Part shown: piece by piece, positions 28,860 through 39,078 of the stretch
Layout: the number at the start of each line of letters is the position of its first letter
Numbering within the stretch: position 1 is the first letter of the stretch
Source of the DNA: Chloroflexota bacterium
GTDB taxonomy: Bacteria > Chloroflexota > UBA6077 > SHYK01
DNA: 62,095 nt
Direction of reading: 5' to 3'
Assembly: GCA_009377635.1 (NCBI GenBank)
Contig: WHTR01000003.1
Coordinates: forward strand, 1-62,095
The notes under the pieces: model-generated
Told to the model about the DNA's origin: nothing
The model's database searches: none
What the model saw: the letters and a program-made list of their open reading frames with translations, nothing else
Program-made: the position numbers and the translations under genes

Positions 28860-29015
28860 TTACTCCCGATAGAACCGGGCGGCGTTGTCGCCCAGCAGCT
28901 TGCGCTTCACGCGGTCGCTGATGTCGGCTCGCCGGCGCAGCTTGGCGACGAAGCTGTGGTCGGCCGACAAGTCGCCGTGCGGGTAGTCCGTCGACATCAT
29001 GATCCCAGATCCCAT
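28860..29015 (-). pseudogene. C-terminal remnant of an amidohydrolase-2 gene
   Basis: MMSTDYPHGD...KRKLLGDNAARFY*. Confidence 0.7.
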
Positions 29016-29027
29016 ATATCGCCTAGC

Positions 29028-29351
29028 CTAAAGGATCGACACCATCCCCGGCGGTCGCTTGAAGAGCACCTCGCCGCCCTGGTCCGTTACCACGACGTCG
29101 CCGCCCCAAACGAACTCGATGCGATTGTCGGCTGTCATGGCGTACGGCTTCCACACCCAGGCGTTGCCCTTCTCGAAACGCACGTCGCGCTGGCCCGCGG
29201 AGGAGGTTCGCAGATTGGTTGGGTCGACCGTCAGGGGAATAAAGATGCAGTCGAACCCGGCGACTGCCGCATGTTGGCGCACGGCACTCCAGCGCCGGTC
29301 GCGCTCCGCCATCGAATACCCCTGCCACTGGGAATCCGCCGCAGCTTCCAT
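29028..29351 (-). pseudogene. M24 (Xaa-Pro peptidase/creatinase)-like gene with an in-frame internal deletion
   Basis: N-terminus YSMAERDRRWSAVR...FDCIFIP fused to C-terminus WGGDVVVTDQGGEVLFKRP. Confidence 0.6.
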
Positions 29352-29487
29352 CCGCCACCCTGCTCGGTGGGGCCGCTCGCCCCGGTTGGTACGCCGTTCT
29401 ACCCCAGTGCCTGCGCGGTGTCAAGGTCCGTCGGGAAGCGAGATGAAAAGTGTCTGGATATGCGCGGAGGAACAGCACCTGGCTGAT

Positions 29488-30048
29488 CTAGCGGCCGAGG
29501 ATATCGTCCACGTTGAAGACCGCGTCGGGGAACGCCGATGGGGCAAGAGGCTCGCCGCGGCCGCGCGTCTCGCTGATGCAGTAGCCGGCCGGACTTGGCT
29601 CCCGGTGGACGCTGATTGTCCCAGGCCCGATCTCCACCAGCCAGACTTCGGGCACGCCCTCGCGCGCGTAGAGTGGGAGCTTCCTGCCGCGATCGTACGC
29701 GAGCGAGGTGTCCGAGACCTCGACCAGCAAAAGAACGTCGGACGGCGTAGGGTGCTCGACGTAGAAGTCGGGACGAGGCCGAAGGAGCATGACATCAGGA
29801 ACGGGCTCCGACACGTTGCTCAGGCGGAGCGGGCTCTGAACATGGACATACGCGACATCTGCCAGCGCCGCTGAGAACAACCGATTGAGCCTCAGCACTC
29901 GCGAGGCGTGTGGTCCGCCGATCGGAGCCTTCGCAATGATCTCTCCATCGACCAGTTCGACCCGGTCATCCGGGCCCAGGATGCCCGTCGCACCCATGCG
30001 GTAATACTCGTCGACCGTGAATACTCGCCTCGCCGGTTCTGCTGCCAA
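29488..30048 (-). CDS. Uma2 (DUF820) family putative endonuclease
   Basis: FTVDEYYRM, RVELVDGEI, SEPVPDV, LLVEVSDTSLAYDRGRKLPLYAREGVPEVW; TTG start after GGAGG. Confidence 0.9.
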   Translation of the reverse strand: MAAEPARRVFTVDEYYRMGATGILGPDDRVELVDGEIIAKAPIGGPHASRVLRLNRLFSAALADVAYVHVQSPLRLSNVSEPVPDVMLLRPRPDFYVEHPTPSDVLLLVEVSDTSLAYDRGRKLPLYAREGVPEVWLVEIGPGTISVHREPSPAGYCISETRGRGEPLAPSAFPDAVFNVDDILGR

Positions 30049-30211
30049 GAGCGCCTCCCCGGCCCTATTATATGCAGGTTCTCGTTGTCGCCCGTCCGGT
30101 CCGGCGATAGAATGATCAGATCTTCCTCGGCTTCGGACCCGCTTGCCTCGCACGACTGATAGCAGTTGTCGCGATGCCCGGTTTCCAGGTGTCCGGGCGC
30201 TCATCGCGGCG

Positions 30212-31660
30212 CTACTGCATGTCCCATTCCATCACATTCCAGAATGCTCCGCCGCGGCCCTTTGCGGTTGGCTTGATGCCGGCCACTCCTGGGCGGAAGA
30301 GCGTGCTCGTGACCGCGTAGTACAGCGGTAGTTCTGGAAGCTCTTCGGTCAGCAGTTGGACCAGGCCGCGGTAGAGAGCGCGCTGCTCGTTCGGGTCGAT
30401 GGCGACCGAGAGTCTCTCGATGATCGCGTCGTTCTCCGCGCTCCGGTAGCATGCACGGTTCTGTCCTTTCCAGCCCTTTTCCGCCGACGGGCACTCCTTG
30501 CTGTGGAGTGCCTGGACGGAAAATCGGAAACTGTCGGGGAACCTCACCATGCTGAACGATGGGTAGGACACACGAAACTGATCGTCCCGATTTTGCGCAG
30601 GCGACATGACCAGAGGGTCGACGCCGAGACCGATGGACTTCCAACTGTCGGCGATCACGTTCATCTCCTGCTCTCGGTCCGCACCAGAGGCCCACAAGCC
30701 GACGGATACTTTCTCCCCCGCCGAATTCACGAGCGAGCCGTCGCCACCGCTCCGCCACCCGGATTCTTCGAGGACTTGCTCCGCACGCCGCAGGTCATGC
30801 GGGTAGAGCCGCGCTACATCCTCCACCCAGTCCCACTTGACGTCCTCACGCGGGACGAAGGTATCCGCGACAGGCGCCACACCCGCGTACAGGACCTCCA
30901 CCAGGGCCTGACGGTCAATGGCATGAAGGAGCCCCTGCCGGATGCGGGCGTCGACGATCTCCGGCGGGTTCGGGACACGGAACTGAACCCCGAGGCGGCT
31001 GTAGTGTGTCTGTTGGACGAGAAAGACGGGCTTCTTGCCCTCACTCTCCCACGTGTTCTTGACCAGAATCGCCCCGTTGAAATCCACTGCTCTGGCCGCT
31101 CCGTCCACGGCGCCGGAAAGCATGTTGGCCACTGCGGTCGAGGAGTCCCCGATGAACCGGAACGTCAGCATGTCGATCTTCGGCCGTCCGCCGTAAAAGC
31201 CATCGTAGACCTTCAATACCAGGTGGCTTCCCAGTGCCCACTCGTCCAGAATGTACGGTCCGACGCCGACGAACTCCGTCGTCCAGTACGGCAGCTTCTC
31301 GAACCGTCCCTTTTCGGTCCGATAGACGTCCTCGAGAAGATGCGCGGGGAAGGGCCCGAGGTCGTCCTCGATTATGGCGTGGGCAAACGGGTAAGTGGCC
31401 TTCCACTCGATCACCAGGGTCGAGCTGTCCGGCGTGTCGATCCGCTCGATCTGACTGGCCACGGATCGCTGGGAGATCGGGAGCTCTGGATCCAGCGTTG
31501 CCGTCAACGCGAAAGTGAAGTCCGTGGCCTGAAGCGGTGCGCCGTCGTGCCACGTGACGTTGGGGCGAAGCGTGTAGGTCGTTTGCATCGTGCCGTCTGG
31601 CCGGACGATCCAGGTACCTCGCTGCTGCGAAGGAAGCTCGACGGCAAGTTGGGGATGGAT
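30212..31660 (-). pseudogene. Family-5 ABC substrate-binding protein lacking signal peptide and N-terminus
   Basis: Begins IHPQLAVELPS...PDGTMQTTYTL; 5' end joined directly to the upstream VOC gene. Confidence 0.8.
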
Positions 31661-32117
31661 GCTGGACCGGTCCCTCGAAGTCAATATCGTATTGCTTCAG
31701 CAGTTCGATCGCCCGTTCCAACTGCTGATCCGTCACGGGAAATGCGTGTCGAGGCGAGCCGCGAAGCTGCTCTGGCGGGGGCTCCTGCTCGTGGCGCCGA
31801 GCGAGGAACAACGGCATCAGCGCGCCCCCGATCTGCACACTGCCCTGGCCCACGCCAACCAGCCGGACATTCCGGTTCGCCGACGGGTTCTCCGTCTCGA
31901 TCCCCCGTGCCTCGTCCGCGGCTGCGGCGCGGGCGCCCGTTCCTCCCGTCCGTGCGGTGTGCACGTACTCCTCGGTCGAATTCATCGACCGATGCTCGAC
32001 CCGCACGAGATCGTCGCCATAGGTGCCGCCGAATACCTGCTTGTAGAACCGCTCGGCGCGAATGAAGTCGTTGACGCGGATCACCGCATGGTCGAACTCG
32101 ATCATCGCGTTGTGCAC
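31656..32117 (-). pseudogene. Single-domain VOC protein truncated before the YFxDPxGNxxE strand
   Basis: EFDHAVIRVND, EQEPPPEQLRGSPRHAF, DFEGPVQHP, then runs into SBP DNA in another frame. Confidence 0.75.
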
Positions 32118-32159
32118 ATCCCCTCCCTTCGATGGCGCGCGAGGTGTTGGCTGCGCGGC

Positions 32160-32957
32160 TCACTCATGGCGAGCATCGGGTGCGGTGGCGCCGGCCTCCC
32201 CTCGCACCGGCGCCATGCGCTTCGCCTCACTCGGGAGGCGCCGAATGCTGACGTCTGTATCAACCACGACCTGCCCGTCGACGAACTCGATCGCATGCAC
32301 GTGAAGTGGCGGCGTGCCGGGGGTGTGGCCGAGGTGCACCCCCGTGCGCGTGAACTTGTTGTGGTGCCGGGGGCAGTAGAACCGAAAGTGCTCCGGCTGA
32401 TAGCACACCGACGACTGACGGTGCGTGCAGACCTCGGAGATGGCGAGGATTCCATCCTGCGTGCGTACGATGAAAAACCTCCCCACATCGTTGTGGGTCA
32501 CCGACCCCAACGGAAAGTCCTCAAGACGGCCGGCTACGATCTTCCCCCGCCTGGCCGGAGGCGTCTCGTACGCCTCCGGCGCGATGGCAGTGATCTGCAT
32601 CATCTGGTCATCGGGGTCATAGTAGTTGTCGCTCATCTCTCCGACGGCACGGAACTCCTCGCGAAGGTCGCCGATCGCACACCCCTCCACCTTGAGCCGC
32701 GCCTGCACCTCAACGAAGTCCTCAGGAGAGAGCATGAAGTTCCAATGCTCGGCGCGCGAGGCGTCAACAAAGAGCACCTCAACGAGCACGACATACTGCC
32801 CGATCTGAGTCTTGAAGGTCGAGGTCCGCCCCTCCTCGCCGGGCCACAGATCACGCCCGACCGCTTCGAGGCCGAGCACCTCGCCGAAGAAGCGCTCGCT
32901 TCGTTCGAGGTTACTGATCTGGACAACCTTGTGGTTGAAGTGTAGTCGGCTAACCAC
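32160..32957 (-). CDS. VOC-Rieske [2Fe-2S] fusion protein (D3)
   Basis: FNHKVVQI...EHWNF...YDPDDQMMQIT; Rieske CTHRQS...YCPRH. Confidence 0.85.
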   Translation of the reverse strand: MVSRLHFNHKVVQISNLERSERFFGEVLGLEAVGRDLWPGEEGRTSTFKTQIGQYVVLVEVLFVDASRAEHWNFMLSPEDFVEVQARLKVEGCAIGDLREEFRAVGEMSDNYYDPDDQMMQITAIAPEAYETPPARRGKIVAGRLEDFPLGSVTHNDVGRFFIVRTQDGILAISEVCTHRQSSVCYQPEHFRFYCPRHHNKFTRTGVHLGHTPGTPPLHVHAIEFVDGQVVVDTDVSIRRLPSEAKRMAPVRGEAGATAPDARHE

Positions 32958-33759
32958 GAGTCGCTCCTCTTACTGCTGGCACTGCCGCCGCAAGAGACGC
33001 ATCTATCCCATCGGCCTCCTCTTCGGTGCGCGGGAGGCTCATATCCGTGTCGACGAGCACCTGGCCGTCCACAATCTCGATCGCGTACTTCTGGAGCGGC
33101 GGGACGTCGACGCGCACGGCCAACTGCCGGCCGGTCCGATTGAACCTTCGATTGTGGCAGAAGCAGTAATACTGGTAGTGCTCCGGTTCGTACACGACAT
33201 TGCACTGTAGGTGGGTGCAGACTTGATTGAGCGCCAGGAGCCCATCCGCTGTGCGGACGAGGTAGAAGCGACCATTGGCATTGAAGGTGACCGAGCCGAC
33301 CTCGAAGTCCTCGATCCGGCCGGCGACGAGCTTGCCACGCTTCGATGCCGGAACCTCGTAGGCGTCACGCCAGGCGGTGAGCTGGAGCCGATGGCGGTCT
33401 GGATCGAAGAGGGAGCAGGTCACCTCGCCGACGGATCGGACGCCCATCTCCGTCCGGTAGTTCGGGCGGAGCCACCCCCGCTGCTTGATCCGCTCATAGA
33501 CACGCTGGTAGTCCCCTAGCGGGAGCATGAAGTTCCGATGCTGCGCAGGTCCGTCGGGCTTCACCTCCGGCACGCGCACGAGCACGACATACGCCCCGTC
33601 GGCGGTCTGAAACGTCATGTTCGGGGTCGGGTCATCCGGCCAGAGGTCTCGCCCAACGGGCGCAAGACCTAGGTCGTCGCGGTAGAAGCGATCGGACCGC
33701 TCGATGTCCGATACCTCCAGCATCAGCTTGAACCAGTGGCGTTTGCTCAGATCCGACAT
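32950..33759 (-). CDS. VOC-Rieske [2Fe-2S] fusion protein (D2)
   Basis: WFKLMLEV...QHRNF...FDPDRHRLQLT; Rieske CTHLQC...YCFCH. Confidence 0.85.
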   Translation of the reverse strand: MSDLSKRHWFKLMLEVSDIERSDRFYRDDLGLAPVGRDLWPDDPTPNMTFQTADGAYVVLVRVPEVKPDGPAQHRNFMLPLGDYQRVYERIKQRGWLRPNYRTEMGVRSVGEVTCSLFDPDRHRLQLTAWRDAYEVPASKRGKLVAGRIEDFEVGSVTFNANGRFYLVRTADGLLALNQVCTHLQCNVVYEPEHYQYYCFCHNRRFNRTGRQLAVRVDVPPLQKYAIEIVDGQVLVDTDMSLPRTEEEADGIDASLAAAVPAVRGATRG

Positions 33760-33777
33760 GTCAACCTCCGTGATCAT

Positions 33778-34269
33778 CTACTTCCTCGGGACGCTGAGCT
33801 CGAGGAAGTTGCTCGACGGATCCTTGAAGTAGAGCGAACGCGCCACCGGCGAGGGCGGCGAGTGCTCGACCGGCCCCTCGAACGGGATGCCGTGGTGGCG
33901 CAAGACGTCCACCGCGCGCTCCATCAGCTCGGGACTGACGTGCAGCGCAACGCGCGGGGTGCCGCGCAGCAGCTCGGGGGGCGGCTCCTGTACGTGCTCG
34001 GTGTGGAGAAACATCGGGATCAGGGCGCGGCCCACCTTGACGCCGCTGTGCGGCGCCGGCACACGAAAGCCGCGCTCCGTCTCGCCCGCGCGCTCCGCCA
34101 TGCGTTCACGGAGTCGGCCCGCGCGCAGTACCTCCTCGGTCGTGTGCAGCGTCGGGGGTTCCACCTCGCAGCCGAGCAGCTCGCCCACCACGTCATGGTA
34201 GAACCGCTCCGCGAGAATGAGATCGTTGACCGCGATGACGCTGTGGTCGAACTCCTCGATGATAGTCAT
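33778..34269 (-). CDS. Single-domain VOC family protein
   Basis: EFDHSVIAV, QEPPPELLRGTPR, FEGPVEH, YFKDPSSNFLEL; ATGA overlap with the upstream gene. Confidence 0.85.
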   Translation of the reverse strand: MTIIEEFDHSVIAVNDLILAERFYHDVVGELLGCEVEPPTLHTTEEVLRAGRLRERMAERAGETERGFRVPAPHSGVKVGRALIPMFLHTEHVQEPPPELLRGTPRVALHVSPELMERAVDVLRHHGIPFEGPVEHSPPSPVARSLYFKDPSSNFLELSVPRK

Positions 34270-35045
34270 CCCGACACTCCTTCAACGCCGACGGCATGGA
34301 CCATGCGATCGGCTTCTTCCAGGGTACGTGGCATCGTCGTATCCGTGTCGACGACGACCTGTCCATCCACCAGTTCGATCGCGTAGGCGTGCAGCGGCGG
34401 CGTACCAGCGGTATGGCCGAGATGCTCGCCCTTGCGCGTGAAGCGGTTGTAGTGGCAAGCGCAATAAAAGCGGTAGTGCTCGGGCTGGTAAGCGACGATG
34501 CAGTGCTGATGCGTGCAAACGTCGTTGAGAGCAAGAATGCCCTCCCGGAGATGAACCAGAAAGAACCCGCCCGCCTGGCTGTGGGTCACCGAGCCAACCG
34601 GGAAGTCCTCGATGCGGCCGGCGACCACTTTGCCCTGACCGGATGCGGGTACATGGAACGCATCCTCGTCGTACGCGGTGATCTGGAGGCGGTGGCCGTC
34701 TGGGTCGTTGAAATAGGTACTGACCTCTCCGACGGAGCGCTGCTCATCGCGATGGTCGACGACCAGGCAGCCGAGCCGCTTGAGTCGCTCGTAGACATTC
34801 TGGTATTCCTCCGGCGGCACAATGAAGTTGGTGTGTACGCCGGGCCCATCGCGCTGTACCCGGTCAACCTGGAGCAGGACAACGTACTGCCGCTCGGCCG
34901 TTCTGAAGGTCGCGTTCGGCCCGTCCTCCGGCCAGATATCGTGCCCCACTGGCTCCAGCCCAATCCCCTCCGCGTAGAAGCGATCGGAGCGGGCCAGATC
35001 AGAGACCTCCAGCACGATGTGATGAAAATGGCCAACCTGTGGCAT
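34266..35045 (-). CDS. VOC-Rieske [2Fe-2S] fusion protein (D1)
   Basis: FHHIVLEV...VHTNF...FNDPDGHRLQIT; Rieske CTHQHC...YCACH. Confidence 0.85.
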   Translation of the reverse strand: MPQVGHFHHIVLEVSDLARSDRFYAEGIGLEPVGHDIWPEDGPNATFRTAERQYVVLLQVDRVQRDGPGVHTNFIVPPEEYQNVYERLKRLGCLVVDHRDEQRSVGEVSTYFNDPDGHRLQITAYDEDAFHVPASGQGKVVAGRIEDFPVGSVTHSQAGGFFLVHLREGILALNDVCTHQHCIVAYQPEHYRFYCACHYNRFTRKGEHLGHTAGTPPLHAYAIELVDGQVVVDTDTTMPRTLEEADRMVHAVGVEGVSG

Positions 35046-35121
35046 GTCAGACCTCCCCCGACTACGGCGCACTCTGCCGCGCGCGGCGTAGCGGGAGCCG
35101 ACGCAGCACGCTGCTTGCGCT

Positions 35122-35150
35122 ATCGTATGACCGTGCATGTGCGCCGTCAA
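35122..35150 (-). promoter_or_regulatory. sigma70-type promoter for array D
   Basis: TTGACG-N17-TACGAT on the minus strand. Confidence 0.5.
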
Positions 35151-35234
35151 GCTCGGGCGGCGATGGTCTTTCGCGACGGAACGAGCGAGTTTTGTGCGCG
35201 ACCCGGCGAGCGATTCTCTGGAGGTTATTGCGCA

Positions 35235-36185
35235 GTGAAGCCAATCATTCTTGGGCTCCCGGATGGCAAGCTCCACGCTGCTCCTACCCTGGTGGCACTC
35301 GGTCTAAACTGCTTCAAGCATCATGGGCTCGAGGTCGAGGCCATGAATGCGGGCGCCCACACCCGCAGCATCCCTGCGATTGCCAACAACGAGGTCGACG
35401 TCAGCCCGCAGGGGCCACTGCTCGGGTTCTGCCAGGCGTGGGATCCCGCGCACCCCATGGTCATGGTCGCGGACCAGGGCTCGGTGAAGCCGGGTCGCGG
35501 CGAAGGCGCCATCGTGGCACGCACCGCGCTCCTCGAGAGCGGCCAGCTTCGAGACTACCCTGATCTGAAAGGCAAGCGGATCGGACTGAGCGCCATTCGC
35601 GGCGACCATGATTGGCTCACGTTCAATGCCGCGCTTCGAAAGGGCGGCTTAAGCCTGGACGACGTCGAGATCGTCATCTGCGACTTCGGTGAGCAGCGCC
35701 ACCGTGCGCTGGCCGAAGGACGGATCGATGCCGCCACCGTTAGCCGCCTCGGCAGCCAGATGCGTGGACGCGAAGACCGCGCGTTCGGCATCTGGAAGCG
35801 CGAGCACGAGTTCCGCGAGCGGCAGGAGCGCGCCATCACCTTCAGCCACCGGTTCTGGACCGAGCGCCCTGACGATGGTTACCGTTTCGTCCGCGCCTAC
35901 ATCGAGGGCCTGCGCGACTACTACAGCGCCTTCGAGCGGGGCCTCAATCGGGATGAGATCGTCCGAGTGCTGGCCGCCCAGGCCGGTGAGCCAGAGGAGG
36001 CGATCGCAACGGAGATGGTGCCGATGGCGGTGGACCCAAACGGGCGCATCAACGACAAGGCGATCGCGTCGGACATCACCTGGTTCCAGGAGCAAGGCCT
36101 GCTCGACCATCCGATTCCAATCGACCAGCTCATCGACTACCGTTACCTCGACGCGGCGCTACAGGATCTCGGCATCGCCGAATAG
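35235..36185 (+). CDS. NMT1/THI5/SsuA-fold (PBP2) protein without signal peptide
   Basis: CFKHHGLEVE, AIANNEVDV, DLKGKRIG, LAEGRIDAA; GTG start after GGAGGT; no hydrophobic leader. Confidence 0.8.
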   Translation: MKPIILGLPDGKLHAAPTLVALGLNCFKHHGLEVEAMNAGAHTRSIPAIANNEVDVSPQGPLLGFCQAWDPAHPMVMVADQGSVKPGRGEGAIVARTALLESGQLRDYPDLKGKRIGLSAIRGDHDWLTFNAALRKGGLSLDDVEIVICDFGEQRHRALAEGRIDAATVSRLGSQMRGREDRAFGIWKREHEFRERQERAITFSHRFWTERPDDGYRFVRAYIEGLRDYYSAFERGLNRDEIVRVLAAQAGEPEEAIATEMVPMAVDPNGRINDKAIASDITWFQEQGLLDHPIPIDQLIDYRYLDAALQDLGIAE

Positions 36186-36197
36186 GGGGCAACCAAC

Positions 36198-37142
36198 TCA
36201 GCCGCAGCGCAGCTCTGAGAAGTTGCCGTCCGCGTCGCGGAAGTAGATGCTGCGTCCGTGCCGCTCGTGTGGAACTGGCTCGGCGTCGGCGCGGGCGGCC
36301 GCCTGATCCGCAGCCATGGATGAGCGGAATAGAATGCGCGGTGTGCCGACGATTTGCTCCTCAGGCGGTTCCTGGCGTGTCTTCGTCGCGCTGATCATGC
36401 CGAGACGAGTGTCTCCGTAGCGAAGAAAGACCTGCGTGTTCGGGCGAGGCACGCGGATCGATCGGTTCTTGCTGCCTTGGTCCCGAAAGTCCGTCCAGCC
36501 GGGGTTGTCGCGCCGGGTCCACGGCGCAGCAGGGTCGTCGCCGTCCAGCCACGCCTTCGCGGCTGTCTGGTCCTCGACCCTCCAGCCATGATAGTAGTCG
36601 ACCTCTCCGCCCAGCTCGCGGACGTACAGGTACTCGCAATAGTCGAACGCATGTACCTCGATGGCGACGTGCGCGATAAGCGGGTCGGCGGAGGAAGCAG
36701 CCACCAGCTGGACCCGGTTACCGCTCGGGTCATGCAGATACGGCGCCAGCTCGCGCTCCTGTGGATGGTCCTCGTGCCACCATTCAACTGAATGGCCCGC
36801 CTCGGCGAGCTGTTCCGCGAGCGAGGAGACGCGCGTTGCCCGAACCCGGTAGGCGGTGTGCTGGCCGCCGTCGGCGAACGTTCGGGGCTTTGCTTTCTGA
36901 ACCAGCTCCAGGCTCTGCGAGCCGGATTCGAACGTGAGCGTCCGAGCGCTCGGCTTCCAGCTACCGGCCGCGTCCCAGAAGATGGGCTCGTAGAACGCGC
37001 GCGCCTCCGCGAGATCGCGCACCTCCAACTGCACCCCCGCCACGCTGTCGATGGAGATGTGCCCGTCAACCGGCTTGAGGACGGCGGCGAAACCGGCCGC
37101 CTGCCTCGCGGACTCTGCCGCTGCCGACGTCTCTGTTGCCAT
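36198..37142 (-). CDS. Tandem (two-domain) VOC protein, triad A
   Basis: GQHTAYRV...HDPSGNRVQLV; IAHVAIEV...YFRDADGNFSELRCG. Confidence 0.8.
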   Translation of the reverse strand: MATETSAAAESARQAAGFAAVLKPVDGHISIDSVAGVQLEVRDLAEARAFYEPIFWDAAGSWKPSARTLTFESGSQSLELVQKAKPRTFADGGQHTAYRVRATRVSSLAEQLAEAGHSVEWWHEDHPQERELAPYLHDPSGNRVQLVAASSADPLIAHVAIEVHAFDYCEYLYVRELGGEVDYYHGWRVEDQTAAKAWLDGDDPAAPWTRRDNPGWTDFRDQGSKNRSIRVPRPNTQVFLRYGDTRLGMISATKTRQEPPEEQIVGTPRILFRSSMAADQAAARADAEPVPHERHGRSIYFRDADGNFSELRCG

Positions 37143-37170
37143 GCTGCCTCCTATTCCTCCATGCTGCCTC

Positions 37171-37629
37171 CTATTCCTCGGCTACGCGGACCGGGTTGTA
37201 CTGGACGTCTTCGTCGCGCCTCCAGCACACCTCGAAGTAGTTGCCGCCCGGATCGCGGAAATAGATCGACTCGCCGAGCGGCCCCCGCTCGGGATGGACG
37301 AGTGGCCCCTCAAACGGCACGCCCTGTTCCTGAAGTCGTTGCGTGATCTCGTCGAACCGCGTGCGGGAGACGGCGAACCCGTGGCGGAAGCTATCCTCCC
37401 CTCCTCGAAGCTGCTCGAGGGGAGCCACGTCCCGCCTGCGAGGAAAGGTCACGAAGACGTAGTCGCCCAGGATACCGCACGAATGGGCATTGCCGCCGCG
37501 GGTGCCCTCATAGGAGCGCGACACCGTCTCCTCGCGCACGCCGCTGAGGACCGTCTCGTAGAAGGTGTGGACAGCACGGGAGTCCGGGGCGACCATCCCG
37601 CTGTGGCTGATGCTCTCGATGTCCGCCAT
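37171..37629 (-). CDS. Single-domain VOC protein, triad A
   Basis: ISHSGMV, NAHSCG, FRHGFAV, YFRDPGGNYFEVCWRRD. Confidence 0.85.
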   Translation of the reverse strand: MADIESISHSGMVAPDSRAVHTFYETVLSGVREETVSRSYEGTRGGNAHSCGILGDYVFVTFPRRRDVAPLEQLRGGEDSFRHGFAVSRTRFDEITQRLQEQGVPFEGPLVHPERGPLGESIYFRDPGGNYFEVCWRRDEDVQYNPVRVAEE

Positions 37630-37648
37630 TGTTCTCTCCTTCTGCTGG

Positions 37649-38521
37649 CTATGGCCTCGCGCCCACCGCTTCGCGGGTCGGGTTGGAGACCTGGCTCGGG
37701 TCGTAGCCCTCGCGGGTGATCGTCTCGTCCGTATCTACCAAGATGCGCCCGTCGTCGGTGAAGGTGATCGGATGCAGACGGAGCGGGCCGCAGGCGGAAT
37801 TGCCCGGATACGGCGCGGGGACGCCTCGACGGTCGTACGTCGCTCCATGGAATGGGCAGTGGAAGTGCCAGTGAGCCTTCTGATAGATGACGATGCCATT
37901 GAAATGCGTGCACCACTTGCTCACGGCCAGAAAGCCCTCGTGCAAGCGGACCAGGTGGAAGTTCCCCGACTTGAAGGGACGAACGTCGCCGACCTTGAAC
38001 TGGGAGATGGCGCCGCAGTCGACCACACCTGCGCCGGGCATGATCTGTTTCCCCTCGGGGCCGTAGCACTGGATCTGGAACCGGTGGCCGTCGGGGTCCA
38101 CGACGTCGATGCTGTACTGGCCGTGCGCGCGGTACATCTCGCGGTCGTCTTCGACCGGGTAGCCGAGCTCGTGGAGGCGCTCGTATAACAGGCGGTACTG
38201 GTTTGGCGTCACCATGAATCCGTGGTGCACGCCGGATCGGCCCGGGCTCCACACCTGGTCTGTCAGTACCAAGATGATGAGCTGGCCGGTGTTCATTTGA
38301 ACGACCGAGTGCGGCGCCCGCTCGCCGACGAGGTCCCGACCCAGGAGATCGAGCCCGAGCACGTCACGATAGAAGGCCTCGCTGCGGACGAGGTCGGTGA
38401 CTCCGAGCACCAGATGGCTGAATCGCTCGATGGTCTTTGCCGACTCCCGAACGGTGAGGGTGCCGTGGCCGCCGTAGACGGTGGGCTGGTCCGATGTGTC
38501 GGGCAGGGACTGGAGGTGCAT
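37649..38521 (-). CDS. VOC-Rieske [2Fe-2S] fusion protein, triad A
   Basis: MHLQ...GGHG; FSHLVLGV...VHHGF...DPDGHRFQIQ; Rieske CTHFNG...HCPFH. Confidence 0.85.
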   Translation of the reverse strand: MHLQSLPDTSDQPTVYGGHGTLTVRESAKTIERFSHLVLGVTDLVRSEAFYRDVLGLDLLGRDLVGERAPHSVVQMNTGQLIILVLTDQVWSPGRSGVHHGFMVTPNQYRLLYERLHELGYPVEDDREMYRAHGQYSIDVVDPDGHRFQIQCYGPEGKQIMPGAGVVDCGAISQFKVGDVRPFKSGNFHLVRLHEGFLAVSKWCTHFNGIVIYQKAHWHFHCPFHGATYDRRGVPAPYPGNSACGPLRLHPITFTDDGRILVDTDETITREGYDPSQVSNPTREAVGARP

Positions 38522-38571
38522 CGCTACTCCTTGGCCGGCGCGAATGGCTCGCAGGGATTCATTTCGCTGCA

Positions 38572-38600
38572 ATGCTATCGAGAGGGAAAGGCTACGTCAA
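38572..38600 (-). promoter_or_regulatory. sigma70-type promoter for triad A
   Basis: TTGACG-N17-TAGCAT on the minus strand. Confidence 0.5.
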
Positions 38601-38967
38601 TTACGCAATCTCCCCAAAAGGCCGGTCCGCGGGCTTGTCGGATGTGCGTTTGGCACCGCCAGGAGATGCCAGGATGCACGTCTCTATCACGCGCGCTGGA
38701 ACTTGACATCGTTTCCGAGGCGGCCCGCCGACGATGGCTGCGTCGACGCGCCGGATGACGTCAAGTGGATGGAGTGGCTGGAGGTCCGGGAGGCACTCGA
38801 ACATCCGAGCCCACGACAATCTCTCGTCGCTGAGCGGAAGGCCCAGGCTGAGCGGCCCGCCGGGAGCACCCCTCCGACGATTGGGCCGCCTCTGCCGGCG
38901 GATGCCCCAAGAATGCATCTGATCCGAGAAATCCTGGCCCTCCTCGGCTAGCGGCCCGGACGGAAAC

Positions 38968-39067
38968 TGTCATCCTGAGCCCTTCGCTTCGCTCGAGGGT
39001 AAACTCCGCGAAGGATCCGTGCCTCGTCCGGGTGCGGATTCTTCGGGCTGAAGCCATCAGAATGACA
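38968..39067. repeat. Intergenic palindromic element, copy 2
   Basis: Left arm equals the reverse complement of the right arm of copy 1 (51/52 nt); 40-nt core identical to copy 3. Confidence 0.8.
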
Positions 39068-39078
39068 TTGACCGAAAA

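Noticed and set aside
38481-38951. Plus-strand ORF upstream of triad A
   Set aside because: It overlaps the triad A start and promoter and has no convincing motif; its 3' part might be a remnant but cannot be assigned
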